Part shown: piece by piece, positions 47,306 through 57,260 of the stretch
Layout: every line of letters starts with the position of its first letter
Numbering within the stretch: the first letter of the stretch is position 1
IMG/VR virus record: IMGVR_UViG_3300003465_000004
Location: 7,170-71,169 of that record
Source of the DNA: a virus
Taxonomy: Duplodnaviria > Caudoviricetes
DNA length: 64,000 bases
Strand: one strand, 5' to 3'
Program-made: the position numbers and the translations under genes
Notes under the pieces: generated by a model
Told to the model about the DNA's origin: nothing
Databases searched by the model: none
Seen by the model: only the letters and a program-made list of their open reading frames with translations

Positions 47306-49075
47306 ATGAAACTTTTCGGCTTCGAATTCCCATTCAATCAGCGTTCTTCCAAAAGCACCGTTGACACGAAGCCCAGCGGAACCGCTATTAGCCCCATTCC
47401 GCCCGAGAATCAGGACGGCGCGTTAAATGTCCAGTATGGCACTGGCGCTGGATATTTTGGTTACTACATCGACCTCGACGGTGCCGTAGTTGACGACTTT
47501 TCGCTCATCAACCGCTACCGCGAAATGCAGCATGTTGCGGAAGTGGACGAGGCTATCGACCAGTTGGTTAACGACCTCGTTATTCAAGACGACGGGCGGA
47601 TGCCCGTTTCATTGAACCTCGACTACGTAGACGATTCCATTCTCGACCCCAAAGTCAAAGCACGCATCGTCGCAGAATTTGATGGTATCCTCAAACAAAT
47701 GAAGATGCACAAAGACGCGTATAGCGTCATGCGGCAGTGGTACGTAGACGGCCGACTTTATTACCATCTTGTTGTTGATGAAGACGCCCCCGAAAATGGT
47801 ATTCAGGAAATGCGTCTTATTGACCCGCGCTGCATCCGCAAAATTCGTGAAGTTGTGCGTAAGCGTCACGAAGAAACCGCAATGGACATCATTGAAGTTC
47901 AACGTGAGTATTTCACGTATAATCCGATGGGCTTCGCGTCTCCAAGCGTCAACCAGACGCAAATGCCCACAGCATCGATGTTGCAATATAACGGCATCAG
48001 ACTCACGCTGGATTCCGTTGTCTACTGCCCGTCTGGGCTCTACGACTCACAGAAACGCACCGTGCTGTCGTGGCTCCACAAAGCTATCAAGCCGCTGAAC
48101 CTATTGCGCATGATTGAAGATGCGTGTGTCATTTATCGCGTCTCACGTGCACCAGAACGCCGCGTGTTCTATATCGACGTTGGTAACCTTCCGAAAGCCA
48201 AGGCGGAAGCGTATCTTGAAGACATTATGCGTCGGTATAAAAACAAACTCGTCTATGATATCGGGACGGGTGAACTTCGCGACGACCGCAGGTTCCTGAG
48301 CATGCTTGAGGACTTCTGGCTTCCCCGGCGTGAAGGCGGAAAAGGAACAGAAATCTCCACGTTACAGGGTGGGCAGAACCTGTCCGAAATGGAAGACGTT
48401 GACTACTTCCGCCACAAACTCTATCGCGCACTGAATCTTCCACCCTCGCGTATTGACCAAGGAACAGGATTCAATCTTGGTCGCGCATCAGAAATTTCAC
48501 GCGACGAACTTCGTTTCAGTAAGTTCATCAAGCGTCTTCAGAATCAGTTTGCCGCACTATTTGACCAAGTGTTGGAACGCCAGCTACGTCTCAAGAAAGT
48601 GCTGACGGAACGCGAGTGGGAAACTATCAAGGACAACATTCGCTACGACTGGCAGAAAGACTCCTATTTCGAAGAACTCAAGAATCAGGACATATGGACC
48701 GCCCGCATGAATCTGGTAACCCAGATGGAACCTTACATCGGCCGATTCTTCAGTGAGAAATGGATTACTCGCGAAATACTCAAGTTTACGGAAGACCAGT
48801 TTGCACAAATACAGGACGACTTTGCGCAATCTAAAGTGTCTGCAAATGGTGCTGCGACTCCGTTCGGTGGGGATGAAGACGAAGATGTGAGCGACAGTCC
48901 ATTTGGCGACGAAGGTGATGACACAGACGAAGAAGACTTCGATGACGTTGCTGATGGTATTCTATCATCTACAGACGACGAAAAGGATAGCGACGAAGAC
49001 GACTCGGACAATGACGGCGACGATGACACGAAGCCACCTTTCGCGAAAAAGAAGAAAGAGTCGGAATCTGACTAA
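47306..49075 (+). CDS. 20: Portal protein gp20
   Basis: LINRYREM, WYVDGR, LHKAIKP.N.LRMIEDA.VIYR.SRAPERR.FYIDVGNLPK.KAE, MLEDFWLPRREGGKGTEI. Confidence 0.98.
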   Translation: MKLFGFEFPFNQRSSKSTVDTKPSGTAISPIPPENQDGALNVQYGTGAGYFGYYIDLDGAVVDDFSLINRYREMQHVAEVDEAIDQLVNDLVIQDDGRMPVSLNLDYVDDSILDPKVKARIVAEFDGILKQMKMHKDAYSVMRQWYVDGRLYYHLVVDEDAPENGIQEMRLIDPRCIRKIREVVRKRHEETAMDIIEVQREYFTYNPMGFASPSVNQTQMPTASMLQYNGIRLTLDSVVYCPSGLYDSQKRTVLSWLHKAIKPLNLLRMIEDACVIYRVSRAPERRVFYIDVGNLPKAKAEAYLEDIMRRYKNKLVYDIGTGELRDDRRFLSMLEDFWLPRREGGKGTEISTLQGGQNLSEMEDVDYFRHKLYRALNLPPSRIDQGTGFNLGRASEISRDELRFSKFIKRLQNQFAALFDQVLERQLRLKKVLTEREWETIKDNIRYDWQKDSYFEELKNQDIWTARMNLVTQMEPYIGRFFSEKWITREILKFTEDQFAQIQDDFAQSKVSANGAATPFGGDEDEDVSDSPFGDEGDDTDEEDFDDVADGILSSTDDEKDSDEDDSDNDGDDDTKPPFAKKKKESESD

Positions 49076-49084
49076 ATACCAAAT

Positions 49085-49546
49085 ATGACACACCGGCATC
49101 ACATTATTCCCAAACACATGGGTGGGAGTGACATTCCCCAAAATATTGTGGAATTGTCCGTGCGCGAACATGCCGATGCGCATTTATGGTTGTGGGAAGA
49201 ACACGGTCATTGGCAAGACCTCATCGCATGGAAATGTCTATCTGGTCAAATTACCAACGCCGAAGCAATCCGATTGGCGGGGATTCGTGCGAACACTGGT
49301 AGAGTAGCAGCCAATAAAGGCATACCAATGTCCGAAGAACAAAGGCGGAAAATCTCTGCTGCGCGTAAGGGACAAAAACATTCAACCGAAACCAAACAGA
49401 AAATTGCTGCGGCCCTTAAGGGGAACAAATATAGCACAGGCCACAAGAATAATTTGGGCACAACATGGACTCCTGAAATGAAAGGCCGAGCCTCCCGTAG
49501 GGTGCAGCAGCAGAAGAGAGAAATAAATGGCCGCTTTGTCAAGTAA
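49085..49546 (+). CDS. HNH endonuclease with NUMOD3 (family B)
   Basis: HRHHIIPKHMGGSD..NIVEL..EHA.AH; MSEEQRRKIS, GQKHSTETKQKI; CTAAATA at 49072-49078. Confidence 0.85.
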   Translation: MTHRHHIIPKHMGGSDIPQNIVELSVREHADAHLWLWEEHGHWQDLIAWKCLSGQITNAEAIRLAGIRANTGRVAANKGIPMSEEQRRKISAARKGQKHSTETKQKIAAALKGNKYSTGHKNNLGTTWTPEMKGRASRRVQQQKREINGRFVK

Positions 49547-50174
49547 TACCGCAAACGTAATCATCCTAGAAGACACAACCCAAATTGTGTCGGCTCGTCT
49601 GTTTCTCCACCAGGCTTCCACCGGGGATGAAAGCAGCGTGCTCAAAATCAACGCATCTGCGCTTAATTACCGCACTCTACTTCTACAGATGAGCGGCATC
49701 ACTCCTTATTGGGTGGGGGAAAAACTCGTTGGTAACACCAGCGGCGCGGTCGGATACGTTGTAGACAATCCCGGCGGTAGTAACGTCGTTACGATTACTG
49801 TTGAGAGTGGAACTTTTCAAGCAGCAGAACCACTACGGTCAGAAATTCAAAAGGTCAACACATTCACAATTTCCACAATCACGACCCCGGCATATCGTCT
49901 TGACCTTCAGAGTGTGTGGTTTTCCATCAGCGGAACAGCAAAAGTCGGAGTGGAATTCGCTAACGGAAGCGCATTCGGGACTGCATTGTTGCTGGCGGGC
50001 ACGGGCTATTACGGCCGGAACGAACTGCAAGCGAAGCTCCCTGCAAATAGCATCATCCCATCTGCGAACGGCAATCTCTATATTTCGACGTATGGAGTCG
50101 CCAACCTTGGTGGCTATTCACTGACGATTGAACTTAAGAAATCCAGCGGTTACGCAGGACGACCACAATACTAA
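49527..50174 (+). CDS. Hypothetical virion protein
   Basis: 215 aa, beta-rich, between the portal and the core genes. Confidence 0.65.
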   Translation: MAALSSNTANVIILEDTTQIVSARLFLHQASTGDESSVLKINASALNYRTLLLQMSGITPYWVGEKLVGNTSGAVGYVVDNPGGSNVVTITVESGTFQAAEPLRSEIQKVNTFTISTITTPAYRLDLQSVWFSISGTAKVGVEFANGSAFGTALLLAGTGYYGRNELQAKLPANSIIPSANGNLYISTYGVANLGGYSLTIELKKSSGYAGRPQY

Positions 50175-50184
50175 GAGGCGTTCC

Positions 50185-50361
50185 ATGAAGACGACAGCAT
50201 TTTCAAAACTATTCAAGACCGTGCGAGGCAAAGACTATCAGCAGGCACATGAACTGTTCAAAGGTATCATGGAGCAGAAAGTCGCAGACCGTCTGGCCGA
50301 AGTGCGAAAAACGTCACTCCACGAACAAGAACCAAAAAAGGCACTTGAAGAATCGCGTTAA
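50185..50361 (+). CDS. 67: Prohead core protein gp67-like
   Basis: A.ELFKGIMEQKVADRL helix; position between gp20 and gp21. Confidence 0.7.
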   Translation: MKTTAFSKLFKTVRGKDYQQAHELFKGIMEQKVADRLAEVRKTSLHEQEPKKALEESR

Positions 50362-50366
50362 CGACA

Positions 50367-50987
50367 ATGGCAAACACCAAGAAAATTCTCGACGCCATCA
50401 AAGCCAAGGATTGGCATACCGCTTCTGAGTCGTTCAAAGAAACGATGACGGAAAAGGTGTCTGCCCGTCTTAAGCAGGAGCGTGAATCCCTCACTGAAGA
50501 CGAAAAGCGATTTAAGACGATTGGTGTTTCTTCTAATCGTCCCAAAATTTCCGCAAAGGATATCGGTAAGCGTGCCTATCCTGATTACAAAGGACGCAAG
50601 TTTCGTCTCAAGGTTGTCACGCGGCCGATGAATCTCGCCTCCTATTGGGACAGCGGAAGTCGCGATTACTTCGTCATCTTCGATTTGAAGTCAATGCGAG
50701 TTACGTCTAACGTGCCCGCACAGTCTGCATTTGACCCGCAGCGTCCAGACCTCAAGGGGTTTACCCTAACCCCCGGAACGGCTGTCGTTGAACATAGCAT
50801 TTTCATGGGGAAGGACACGGGCATCACGGTCCACATTCACCCAGACGACGCGGCACTTGTCACAGAAGCTAAGGAACAAAAATGGAAATGTGGTAATTGC
50901 GGGAAAATAGTAATCAAAAACAACCCGCCGGCCCGCTGCCCCAAATGCGGCACGTTACATACCACGTGGCGCCGAGACAACAGATAA
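50367..50987 (+). CDS. gp67-like N-terminus plus cargo domain plus CxxC zinc ribbon
   Basis: ILDAIKAKDWHTASESFKETMTEKVSARL; C-terminal WKCGNCG...CPKCG. Confidence 0.7.
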   Translation: MANTKKILDAIKAKDWHTASESFKETMTEKVSARLKQERESLTEDEKRFKTIGVSSNRPKISAKDIGKRAYPDYKGRKFRLKVVTRPMNLASYWDSGSRDYFVIFDLKSMRVTSNVPAQSAFDPQRPDLKGFTLTPGTAVVEHSIFMGKDTGITVHIHPDDAALVTEAKEQKWKCGNCGKIVIKNNPPARCPKCGTLHTTWRRDNR

Positions 50988-51009
50988 CGGAGAACTCACG
51001 AAGGCTAAC

Positions 51010-52398
51010 ATGTCCAAGCACACACAAGACATCATCGCTGCATTGAAGTCCAAAGACTTTCATCGTGCCGGCCAGTCCTTCGAAGCTGCCATCCATGAAA
51101 AGTTGACGGCTCGCATTGGACAAGAGCGCGAAACCCTACGTCTCGCGGAAGACGCCTCGCCCGTATCACCGAAGAAACTTTTACGAGATGCATTACCAGA
51201 ACTCGGTTTCAATCTTTCGACCGACTTCGATAATATTTACCGAAACATCTATCGCCGCGTTCAGCGGATTATCGGCCGTCAGCCACAACGCGAAGAACTT
51301 GTCAAGTGTATTCAAGCATGGATTGCATGGTCAAAAACGCGGCAAACGGGCAACGAAGCCCAGCAAATTGCGATGTACCGGAAAGCACTGAAAGAATCGG
51401 CGCCGCCGCCTATCTCCCATATAGAAGTGCAGCGTGTCTACGACGAACACCGGGACGCGTCTGAGACGGAATTGATTTGCGGGATTCAGGACCTGAAAAT
51501 CAACGAGCAAGGTGAAGTTGTTTCGTTTGTACCGAAAACCGTTACTGAAGCCAAAGAGCAAGAGCGTTGCGAACTTTGCGGGAGCACAAAGAACCTGAAT
51601 CATACTCCGGACGGTACGGCTATTTGCAAAGAATGCGACATTGAGGAAATTGCCGACTTCGGAGCCTACGGCGAACATTGCGACAATCCCGACTCGGACC
51701 CAACAGACGGCAAAAGCAAGTTCGTTAAAGAAATGGCATTCGGACAGCCTACGCCTTCTGCCGGATTCGTCAAGAAAGTCGAAGAACTCTTCGCGAAGGT
51801 TCAGAAGATTGTAGACGACGCGCACGAACGTCAGGTCGACCATCATATTGCACACGAAAAGCCTTATGATTGGGAAGCTGGAATGACGAAGGATGAAGTC
51901 AAGAAACAGCTTCTTTCTCTCAACAAGCGCACGATTACGGTCAAACCCAGAGCGAAATACATCAACATTGATTGTGGTGGGTCGGGACAGTTGATGATTG
52001 ATACGACCGACGGCCGTATCTACGGCATCAAGGGATACGGGCAAATCAATAAACAGCACAACTGGTATGGTACAGTCGCGTCTCCTAAGTTGAAGGAAAT
52101 TGCTGCAAAGATTGTCGGTAGCTGGAACTCAAAGTTCATCCAAGCAGAATCGCTTCGCGTTGTGGGCAAGCTGCTAGGCGAAGACGACAAATATGATTTG
52201 CGGCAACGTTCGCAGCAATCTTCAGCAGCCAAATCTGGACTCAAAAAGAAGATTGCCGGATATGACGAACGTATTCAGGCCGCACAGAAACGCGGCGACA
52301 AATACAGCGTTGGTGTCTGGACGAAGAAAAAGCAGGAAGCACAAAAGAAGCTGAATTCCCATGCCAACCACGGCGGGGCACACAGCGGTCACAAATAA
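51010..52398 (+). CDS. gp67-like N-terminus plus multiple cargo segments
   Basis: IIAALKSKDFHRAGQSFEAAIHEKLTARI; internal CELCG...CKEC; several hydrophobic-x-E sites. Confidence 0.7.
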   Translation: MSKHTQDIIAALKSKDFHRAGQSFEAAIHEKLTARIGQERETLRLAEDASPVSPKKLLRDALPELGFNLSTDFDNIYRNIYRRVQRIIGRQPQREELVKCIQAWIAWSKTRQTGNEAQQIAMYRKALKESAPPPISHIEVQRVYDEHRDASETELICGIQDLKINEQGEVVSFVPKTVTEAKEQERCELCGSTKNLNHTPDGTAICKECDIEEIADFGAYGEHCDNPDSDPTDGKSKFVKEMAFGQPTPSAGFVKKVEELFAKVQKIVDDAHERQVDHHIAHEKPYDWEAGMTKDEVKKQLLSLNKRTITVKPRAKYINIDCGGSGQLMIDTTDGRIYGIKGYGQINKQHNWYGTVASPKLKEIAAKIVGSWNSKFIQAESLRVVGKLLGEDDKYDLRQRSQQSSAAKSGLKKKIAGYDERIQAAQKRGDKYSVGVWTKKKQEAQKKLNSHANHGGAHSGHK

Positions 52399-52401
52399 CC
52401 A

Positions 52402-53004
52402 ATGTTTCTAGAAAATCGGTGTAAACAAATTTACGACGCAATATGCGAACGAGCACGCAACCGCTGTCTCTCTGTCTATACCGAAAAACATCACGTTATT
52501 CCCAAATCACTTGGTGGAACAAACCAAAAAGACAACTTAGTGCAACTCACTGCACGTGAACATTTCATCGCTCATTTGTGTTTGGTGCGCTGCACAGAAG
52601 GCGAGAACAAAAAGAAAATGGTCTATGCTGCATTTCGTCTTGCAAACGGAAGACGTAATGTGCGTGTTACTAGCAGGATATATCAATCACTTAAGGAAAA
52701 CCTCGTCCCTTCTGATTTAACAAAGCGACGTATCTCAAAATCAATGAAGGGAAAACGAAATAGGTTTGGTACCACAACTTCGGCAGAAACGCGTCAGTCA
52801 CTCAGCCTCATAAGACGGGGAATCCCAAAATCTCAACAACACAAAGAAGCGATTCGACAGGCGCATCTAGGAAAATCACTTTCGATTATGCACATCGAAG
52901 CTATTCGTAAAGCACAAACCGGAAAAATATTATCCGAACAACACAAACAACACATCCGAGATGGAATGTTGCGGCGGCACCGCGGAGAACAAGCATGCGC
53001 CTAA
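52402..53004 (+). CDS. HNH endonuclease with NUMOD3 (family B, Mob-like)
   Basis: YTEKHHVIPKSLGG...NLVQLTAREHFIAH..L; TSAETRQSLS, KSQQHKEAI. Confidence 0.88.
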   Translation: MFLENRCKQIYDAICERARNRCLSVYTEKHHVIPKSLGGTNQKDNLVQLTAREHFIAHLCLVRCTEGENKKKMVYAAFRLANGRRNVRVTSRIYQSLKENLVPSDLTKRRISKSMKGKRNRFGTTTSAETRQSLSLIRRGIPKSQQHKEAIRQAHLGKSLSIMHIEAIRKAQTGKILSEQHKQHIRDGMLRRHRGEQACA

Positions 53005-53672
53005 TCACGGAAATCACTGAACTCATCAAACCTCAAGTTCTCACTGAAGCTGGTGGCCAGAAATCTTACTACATTCAAGGTCCATTTCTTCAGGCGGAAA
53101 TAAAGAATAGAAATGGCAGAATCTACCCAAGAGACATCCTTCAAAGAGAAGTTTTGAGATATACGAAAGAACTCATCTCTGAGAATCGCGCGCTAGGGGA
53201 ACTTGGACATCCGGAATCACCAGCAATCAATCTCGACCGTGTATCTCACAAAATTGTCGAACTCAAAGAAGACGGCAATGACTACATCGGTAAAGCAAAA
53301 ATCATGGATACCCCCAACGGGCGTATCGTGAAATCGCTTATCGATGAAGGAGTCAAACTAGGCGTCTCTTCCCGCGGCGTGGGTTCGCTCACATCTACGT
53401 CCGAAGGAAATGTGGTAGGAGAAGACTTCTATCTCGCGACCGCAGCAGACATCGTTGCTGACCCTAGTGCTCCGGATGCATTCGTGCGTGGGATTATGGA
53501 AGATAAAGAATGGGTCTGGCAGAATGGTATTCTCACTCCACAGCAAATTGAGAACTACAAGCGGGAAGTTGCCGCAGCCCCGAAGAAAAAAGTCAGCGCA
53601 CGGAAAATTGACGAAGCCAAAGTATTTGAAAAGTTTCTGAAGTCTATCCGTATTTCCGTAAGAAACCGATAA
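52995..53672 (+). CDS. 21: Prohead protease gp21
   Basis: YIQGPFLQAEIKNRNGRIYP, ALGELGHP, GVSSRG.GSL, DIVADPSAPDAFV.GIME. Confidence 0.98.
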   Translation: MRLITEITELIKPQVLTEAGGQKSYYIQGPFLQAEIKNRNGRIYPRDILQREVLRYTKELISENRALGELGHPESPAINLDRVSHKIVELKEDGNDYIGKAKIMDTPNGRIVKSLIDEGVKLGVSSRGVGSLTSTSEGNVVGEDFYLATAADIVADPSAPDAFVRGIMEDKEWVWQNGILTPQQIENYKREVAAAPKKKVSARKIDEAKVFEKFLKSIRISVRNR

Positions 53673-53725
53673 CGCTAAATAATCACCGTAAGATTTACGG
53701 CATCTTTCCTCTGAGAGAGGTAACA

Positions 53726-55111
53726 ATGGCGAAGAAGGCAAAGAAGATGGTCGTTGAAAGCGACCTTGTCAACGACACACACAAAGCACGCCTGTCGGTT
53801 CAAAATCAAGAACCGTCGCAGTTGGATGGCGCAAGCTATGATGACCTTGGCGGTCCAAAGGTCGGCGGTGATGAACCGAACACGACCAGGATTGACGCGG
53901 CAAAGGGCATTGGAACGGACACTACGATTCCGAGGTCTGTCGGCCCGGAACCGTCGCACCTCAAGACAGAGGATGATGACGAACTTGACGTAGATTTTGG
54001 TGACGAAGATATCGCAGAAGTGGACGACCTTGACGCCCAACTTGATTCCCTTGAAGAGGTGGACGATGTTGAACTTGACATCGATTCCGACGATGACGAC
54101 GAACTCAAGGAAGCAGACAAGTGCGAGAAATGCGGTTGCGACCCCTGCGAATGCGACAGCGTAAAGGAAGACGAGAATCCTTTCGCGAAAGACGACGAAG
54201 ACGACGAGAAGAAAGTCGATGAGTCTGAAGAAGACGACGAAGACAAACCCGAACTCACGGAAGATGAAAAGTGCGAAAAGTGCGGTTGCGACCCGTGCGA
54301 ATGCAAATCGACCTCTGAGGATGAAGATTGCGAAGACGATGAAAAGAAAATCGAAGAATCGCTGAAAATTCGCATCAAACTTCCGAAGGCACAGCTTTTT
54401 GAGTCCGTTTCTCCGAAGCAGCGCAAGCAGGTTTCGACCATTCTTGAAGCAGCAATCAAGGAAACGACCAAACAGGCATCACAGCAGCTTCGTGCTCACT
54501 ACAAGAAGCTCCATGAAGCAAAGATTGCAAAGCGTGACGCGGTTCTCGCAAAACAGATGGATTCGTATCTCAGCTATGTGGTCGAAGAATGGGTCAAGGC
54601 AAATCAAGTTGCCATTCGCCAGTCGCTCCGCGTTCAGCTTGCAGAAGAATTCCTGAACGGCTTGCAGAAGCTATTCAAGGAACACTACATCGACGTTCCG
54701 GAAAGCAAAGTTGATGTGGTCGCAACATTGACGAAGCAAGTTGACAAGTTGAAGAGCCTCGTTAATGAGCAGCATGCACAGAAGTTGAAACTCCGTAAGC
54801 TTGCTGAAGCAGCGAATAAGGCACGTATCGTGGCTGAATTCTCTCGCACTCTCAGCGAAGCACAGGCAGCAAAACTTCAGAAGCTTGCTGAAAGCACTGC
54901 ATACAGCAACGCCAAGGACTTCCGTGCGAAGCTGACTATGCTCAAGGAAAGCTATTTTGGTGACGATGCGAAGCCGAAGAAGACTCAGGTACTTCCGGAA
55001 GAAACCGTAGTTATTCCGGAAACGAGAAAAGCTAACGATAAGAAAGTTGACGACCCGGTAGTCGCTGCAACGCTTGACGCACTCAAGCGCACGTCGCAGA
55101 GCAACTGGTAA
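53726..55111 (+). CDS. 22: Prohead scaffold gp22
   Basis: Acidic N-half; DSYLSYVVEEW, AEEFLNGL..LF.EHYIDVPE.K.DVV, KL..LKESYF; CTAAATA at 53675-53681. Confidence 0.95.
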   Translation: MAKKAKKMVVESDLVNDTHKARLSVQNQEPSQLDGASYDDLGGPKVGGDEPNTTRIDAAKGIGTDTTIPRSVGPEPSHLKTEDDDELDVDFGDEDIAEVDDLDAQLDSLEEVDDVELDIDSDDDDELKEADKCEKCGCDPCECDSVKEDENPFAKDDEDDEKKVDESEEDDEDKPELTEDEKCEKCGCDPCECKSTSEDEDCEDDEKKIEESLKIRIKLPKAQLFESVSPKQRKQVSTILEAAIKETTKQASQQLRAHYKKLHEAKIAKRDAVLAKQMDSYLSYVVEEWVKANQVAIRQSLRVQLAEEFLNGLQKLFKEHYIDVPESKVDVVATLTKQVDKLKSLVNEQHAQKLKLRKLAEAANKARIVAEFSRTLSEAQAAKLQKLAESTAYSNAKDFRAKLTMLKESYFGDDAKPKKTQVLPEETVVIPETRKANDKKVDDPVVAATLDALKRTSQSNW

Positions 55112-55186
55112 GTCGTAGCGGTTTTCAAATACTAAATAATAGCCGAAGCGCAAGAAACGCGCAACCGTAGCTAGGAGCTAACACAA

Positions 55187-56509
55187 ATGGCAGACAAGAC
55201 GATTCTGACCGAAGAAGTGCGGAAGAAGTGGGCACCGGTCATCGATGACCCGAACGCGCCAGTTATCAAGGAAAACTGGAAAAAGCGCGTTACCACGATT
55301 CTGCTTGAAAACACTGCGCGCGAACTTGCGCAGGCACAGCAGATTCTTGCTGAAGAGGCGCCTGCAAACCAAAGCGGGCCGTTCCCAAACTCAACGAATC
55401 TTAAGGGGTTCGACCCAATTTTGATTTCGCTCGTTCGTCGTTCGATGCCGAACCTCATCGCATACGATATTTGCGGTGTTCAGCCGATGACGGGTCCCAC
55501 GGGTCTTATCTTCGCGTTGAAGAGCAAGTATACGTCACAGGGTGGAGCAGAAGCACTGTTCTACGAAGCTAACAGCGCCTTTACGAGTGCTGGCCTCGGG
55601 GGTTCGCAGTCTGGAACGTTCCCTGCTGGTAACAGCAGCGTAGCGTCAAACAGCACGAACTACACCTACGCAACGGGTATGACCACGTTGCAGGGTGAAG
55701 CACTTGGAACGTCCGGAAACGTTGCAATTCCGGAAATGGCATTCAGCATCGACAAGGTGACTGTCACCGCGAAAACTCGTAAGCTGAAGGCGGAATACAC
55801 GATTGAAATCGCACAGGACCTCAAGGCCGTTCACGGACTTGACGCAGAAACGGAACTCGCAAACATCCTTTCTGCTGAAATTCTTGCTGAAATCAACCGT
55901 GAAATCGTTCGTACCATTTACTTCGCATCAGTCGCAGGGGCGCAGCACAACACCACGACCGCGGGAAGCTTCGACCTCGACACTGACTCAGACGGACGCT
56001 GGATGGTTGAACGCTTCAAGGCTCTGTTCTTCCAGATTGAGCGTGAAGCAAACGCAATCGCGAAGGCAACCCGTCGCGGAAAGGGCAACATCGTCCTTTG
56101 CTCGTCTGACCTCGCAAGCGCACTCGTCGCAGCAGAATTGCTCGATTATACGCCTGCACTTCAGGCGGGATTGACTGTTGACGACATGGGCGCAACCTAC
56201 GTCGGAACGTTGCAGGGACGCTACAAGGTCTATATTGACCCGTATGCTCCAACCGCAGACACGCAGCACTTCGTAGTTGGATTCCGTGGCGCAAGCCCGT
56301 ATGACGCAGGACTGTTTTATTGTCCGTATGTCCCGTTGCAGATGCTCCGTGCGCAGGACCCGGGCAGCTTCCAGCCGAAGATTGGGTTCCAGACTCGTTA
56401 TGGAGTCGTGGCGAACCCGTTCTCGACCGCTGCTGGCGACAGTGATGGTTCCGTTACGTTCGGAACGAACATCTATTATCGGAAGGTAAGAGTCCTCAAT
56501 TTAATGTAG
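55187..56509 (+). CDS. 23: Major capsid protein gp23
   Basis: KWAPVID, LLEN, FDPILISLVRRSMPNLIAYDICGVQPMTGPTGLIFA, EINREIV, YCPYVPLQ, FQPKIGF.TRYG; CTAAATA at 55132-55138. Confidence 0.99.
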   Translation: MADKTILTEEVRKKWAPVIDDPNAPVIKENWKKRVTTILLENTARELAQAQQILAEEAPANQSGPFPNSTNLKGFDPILISLVRRSMPNLIAYDICGVQPMTGPTGLIFALKSKYTSQGGAEALFYEANSAFTSAGLGGSQSGTFPAGNSSVASNSTNYTYATGMTTLQGEALGTSGNVAIPEMAFSIDKVTVTAKTRKLKAEYTIEIAQDLKAVHGLDAETELANILSAEILAEINREIVRTIYFASVAGAQHNTTTAGSFDLDTDSDGRWMVERFKALFFQIEREANAIAKATRRGKGNIVLCSSDLASALVAAELLDYTPALQAGLTVDDMGATYVGTLQGRYKVYIDPYAPTADTQHFVVGFRGASPYDAGLFYCPYVPLQMLRAQDPGSFQPKIGFQTRYGVVANPFSTAAGDSDGSVTFGTNIYYRKVRVLNLM

Positions 56510-56530
56510 TTGTAACATTGCTACAAACCG

Positions 56531-56567
56531 AAGGGCAGCGCCTTGTAAACGCTGCCCTTTAATTTTA
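56531..56567 (+). terminator. Intrinsic terminator after gp23
   Basis: AAGGGCAGCG-loop-CGCTGCCCTT then TAATTTT. Confidence 0.8.
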
Positions 56568-56603
56568 TTCATTTTTGCTTACATCAAATATCAAACAATA
56601 AAT

Positions 56604-57233
56604 ATGATTCTGAGAAAGACAGTTCCTGCTACTTGCCATCCTGATAAACCAGCACGATGTAAAGGCCTCTGTACCGCGTGCTATATGCGTGCCTATCGAA
56701 ACGGTGGCGTCCTTCCTTCTACACCTCCGAAAGTTTACGGAAACGTGCCGACGTGCCATCCAAACGAACCCTATGGCGCATTTGGGTTGTGTCGAAAATG
56801 TTATCTAAAATCCTACTATAACAAAACAGCCAACCCAAACCGCAAACAACATCGCAGGTTTGCTGAGTGTCACCCGGACCGGCGCCACAAAGCGCGTGGA
56901 TTGTGTTTACAATGCTATCGAAAAGAACCGGACGTAAAAACCTACAACGATGAATACAGTAAACAAAACCGTTTTCGCGACCAGTTGAAGCACAAATATA
57001 ACATCACTCCCGACGATTACGAACGTATGGTGAAGGAACAAAATGGATTATGTGCTATCTGTAAAAACCCACCACGTGGGAAAACAAAACGTCTTTCTGT
57101 AGACCACGACCACGAAACCGGAAAAGTTCGCGGCCTCCTTTGTGTTCCTTGCAACCGAGCACTCGGATATCTTGAAAATAATAACTGGGCAGAATCCGCA
57201 AATTCATATCTAAACAATTCGAACTTGACTTGA
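56604..57233 (+). CDS. Endonuclease VII-family (HNH-like) nuclease with three N-terminal CH-CC repeats
   Basis: CAIC..LSVDHDHETGKVRGLLC..CN.ALG; three C-H-P-x7-G-L-C-x2-C-Y repeats. Confidence 0.85.
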   Translation: MILRKTVPATCHPDKPARCKGLCTACYMRAYRNGGVLPSTPPKVYGNVPTCHPNEPYGAFGLCRKCYLKSYYNKTANPNRKQHRRFAECHPDRRHKARGLCLQCYRKEPDVKTYNDEYSKQNRFRDQLKHKYNITPDDYERMVKEQNGLCAICKNPPRGKTKRLSVDHDHETGKVRGLLCVPCNRALGYLENNNWAESANSYLNNSNLT

Positions 57234-57260
57234 ACATTGTTCAGTGTTATACATAATTGC

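Noticed and set aside
53836-54471. 211-aa Ser-rich minus-strand ORF
   Set aside because: It is the shadow of the Asp/Glu-rich gp22 region (GAA/GAC read antisense). The many other short overlapping ORFs in the track were dismissed for the same reason.
56604-57233. Orthologue of the T4 gp49 resolvase
   Set aside because: The long N-terminal repeat array and the isolated position after gp23 fit a mobile EndoVII-family nuclease better, so no gene symbol was assigned.
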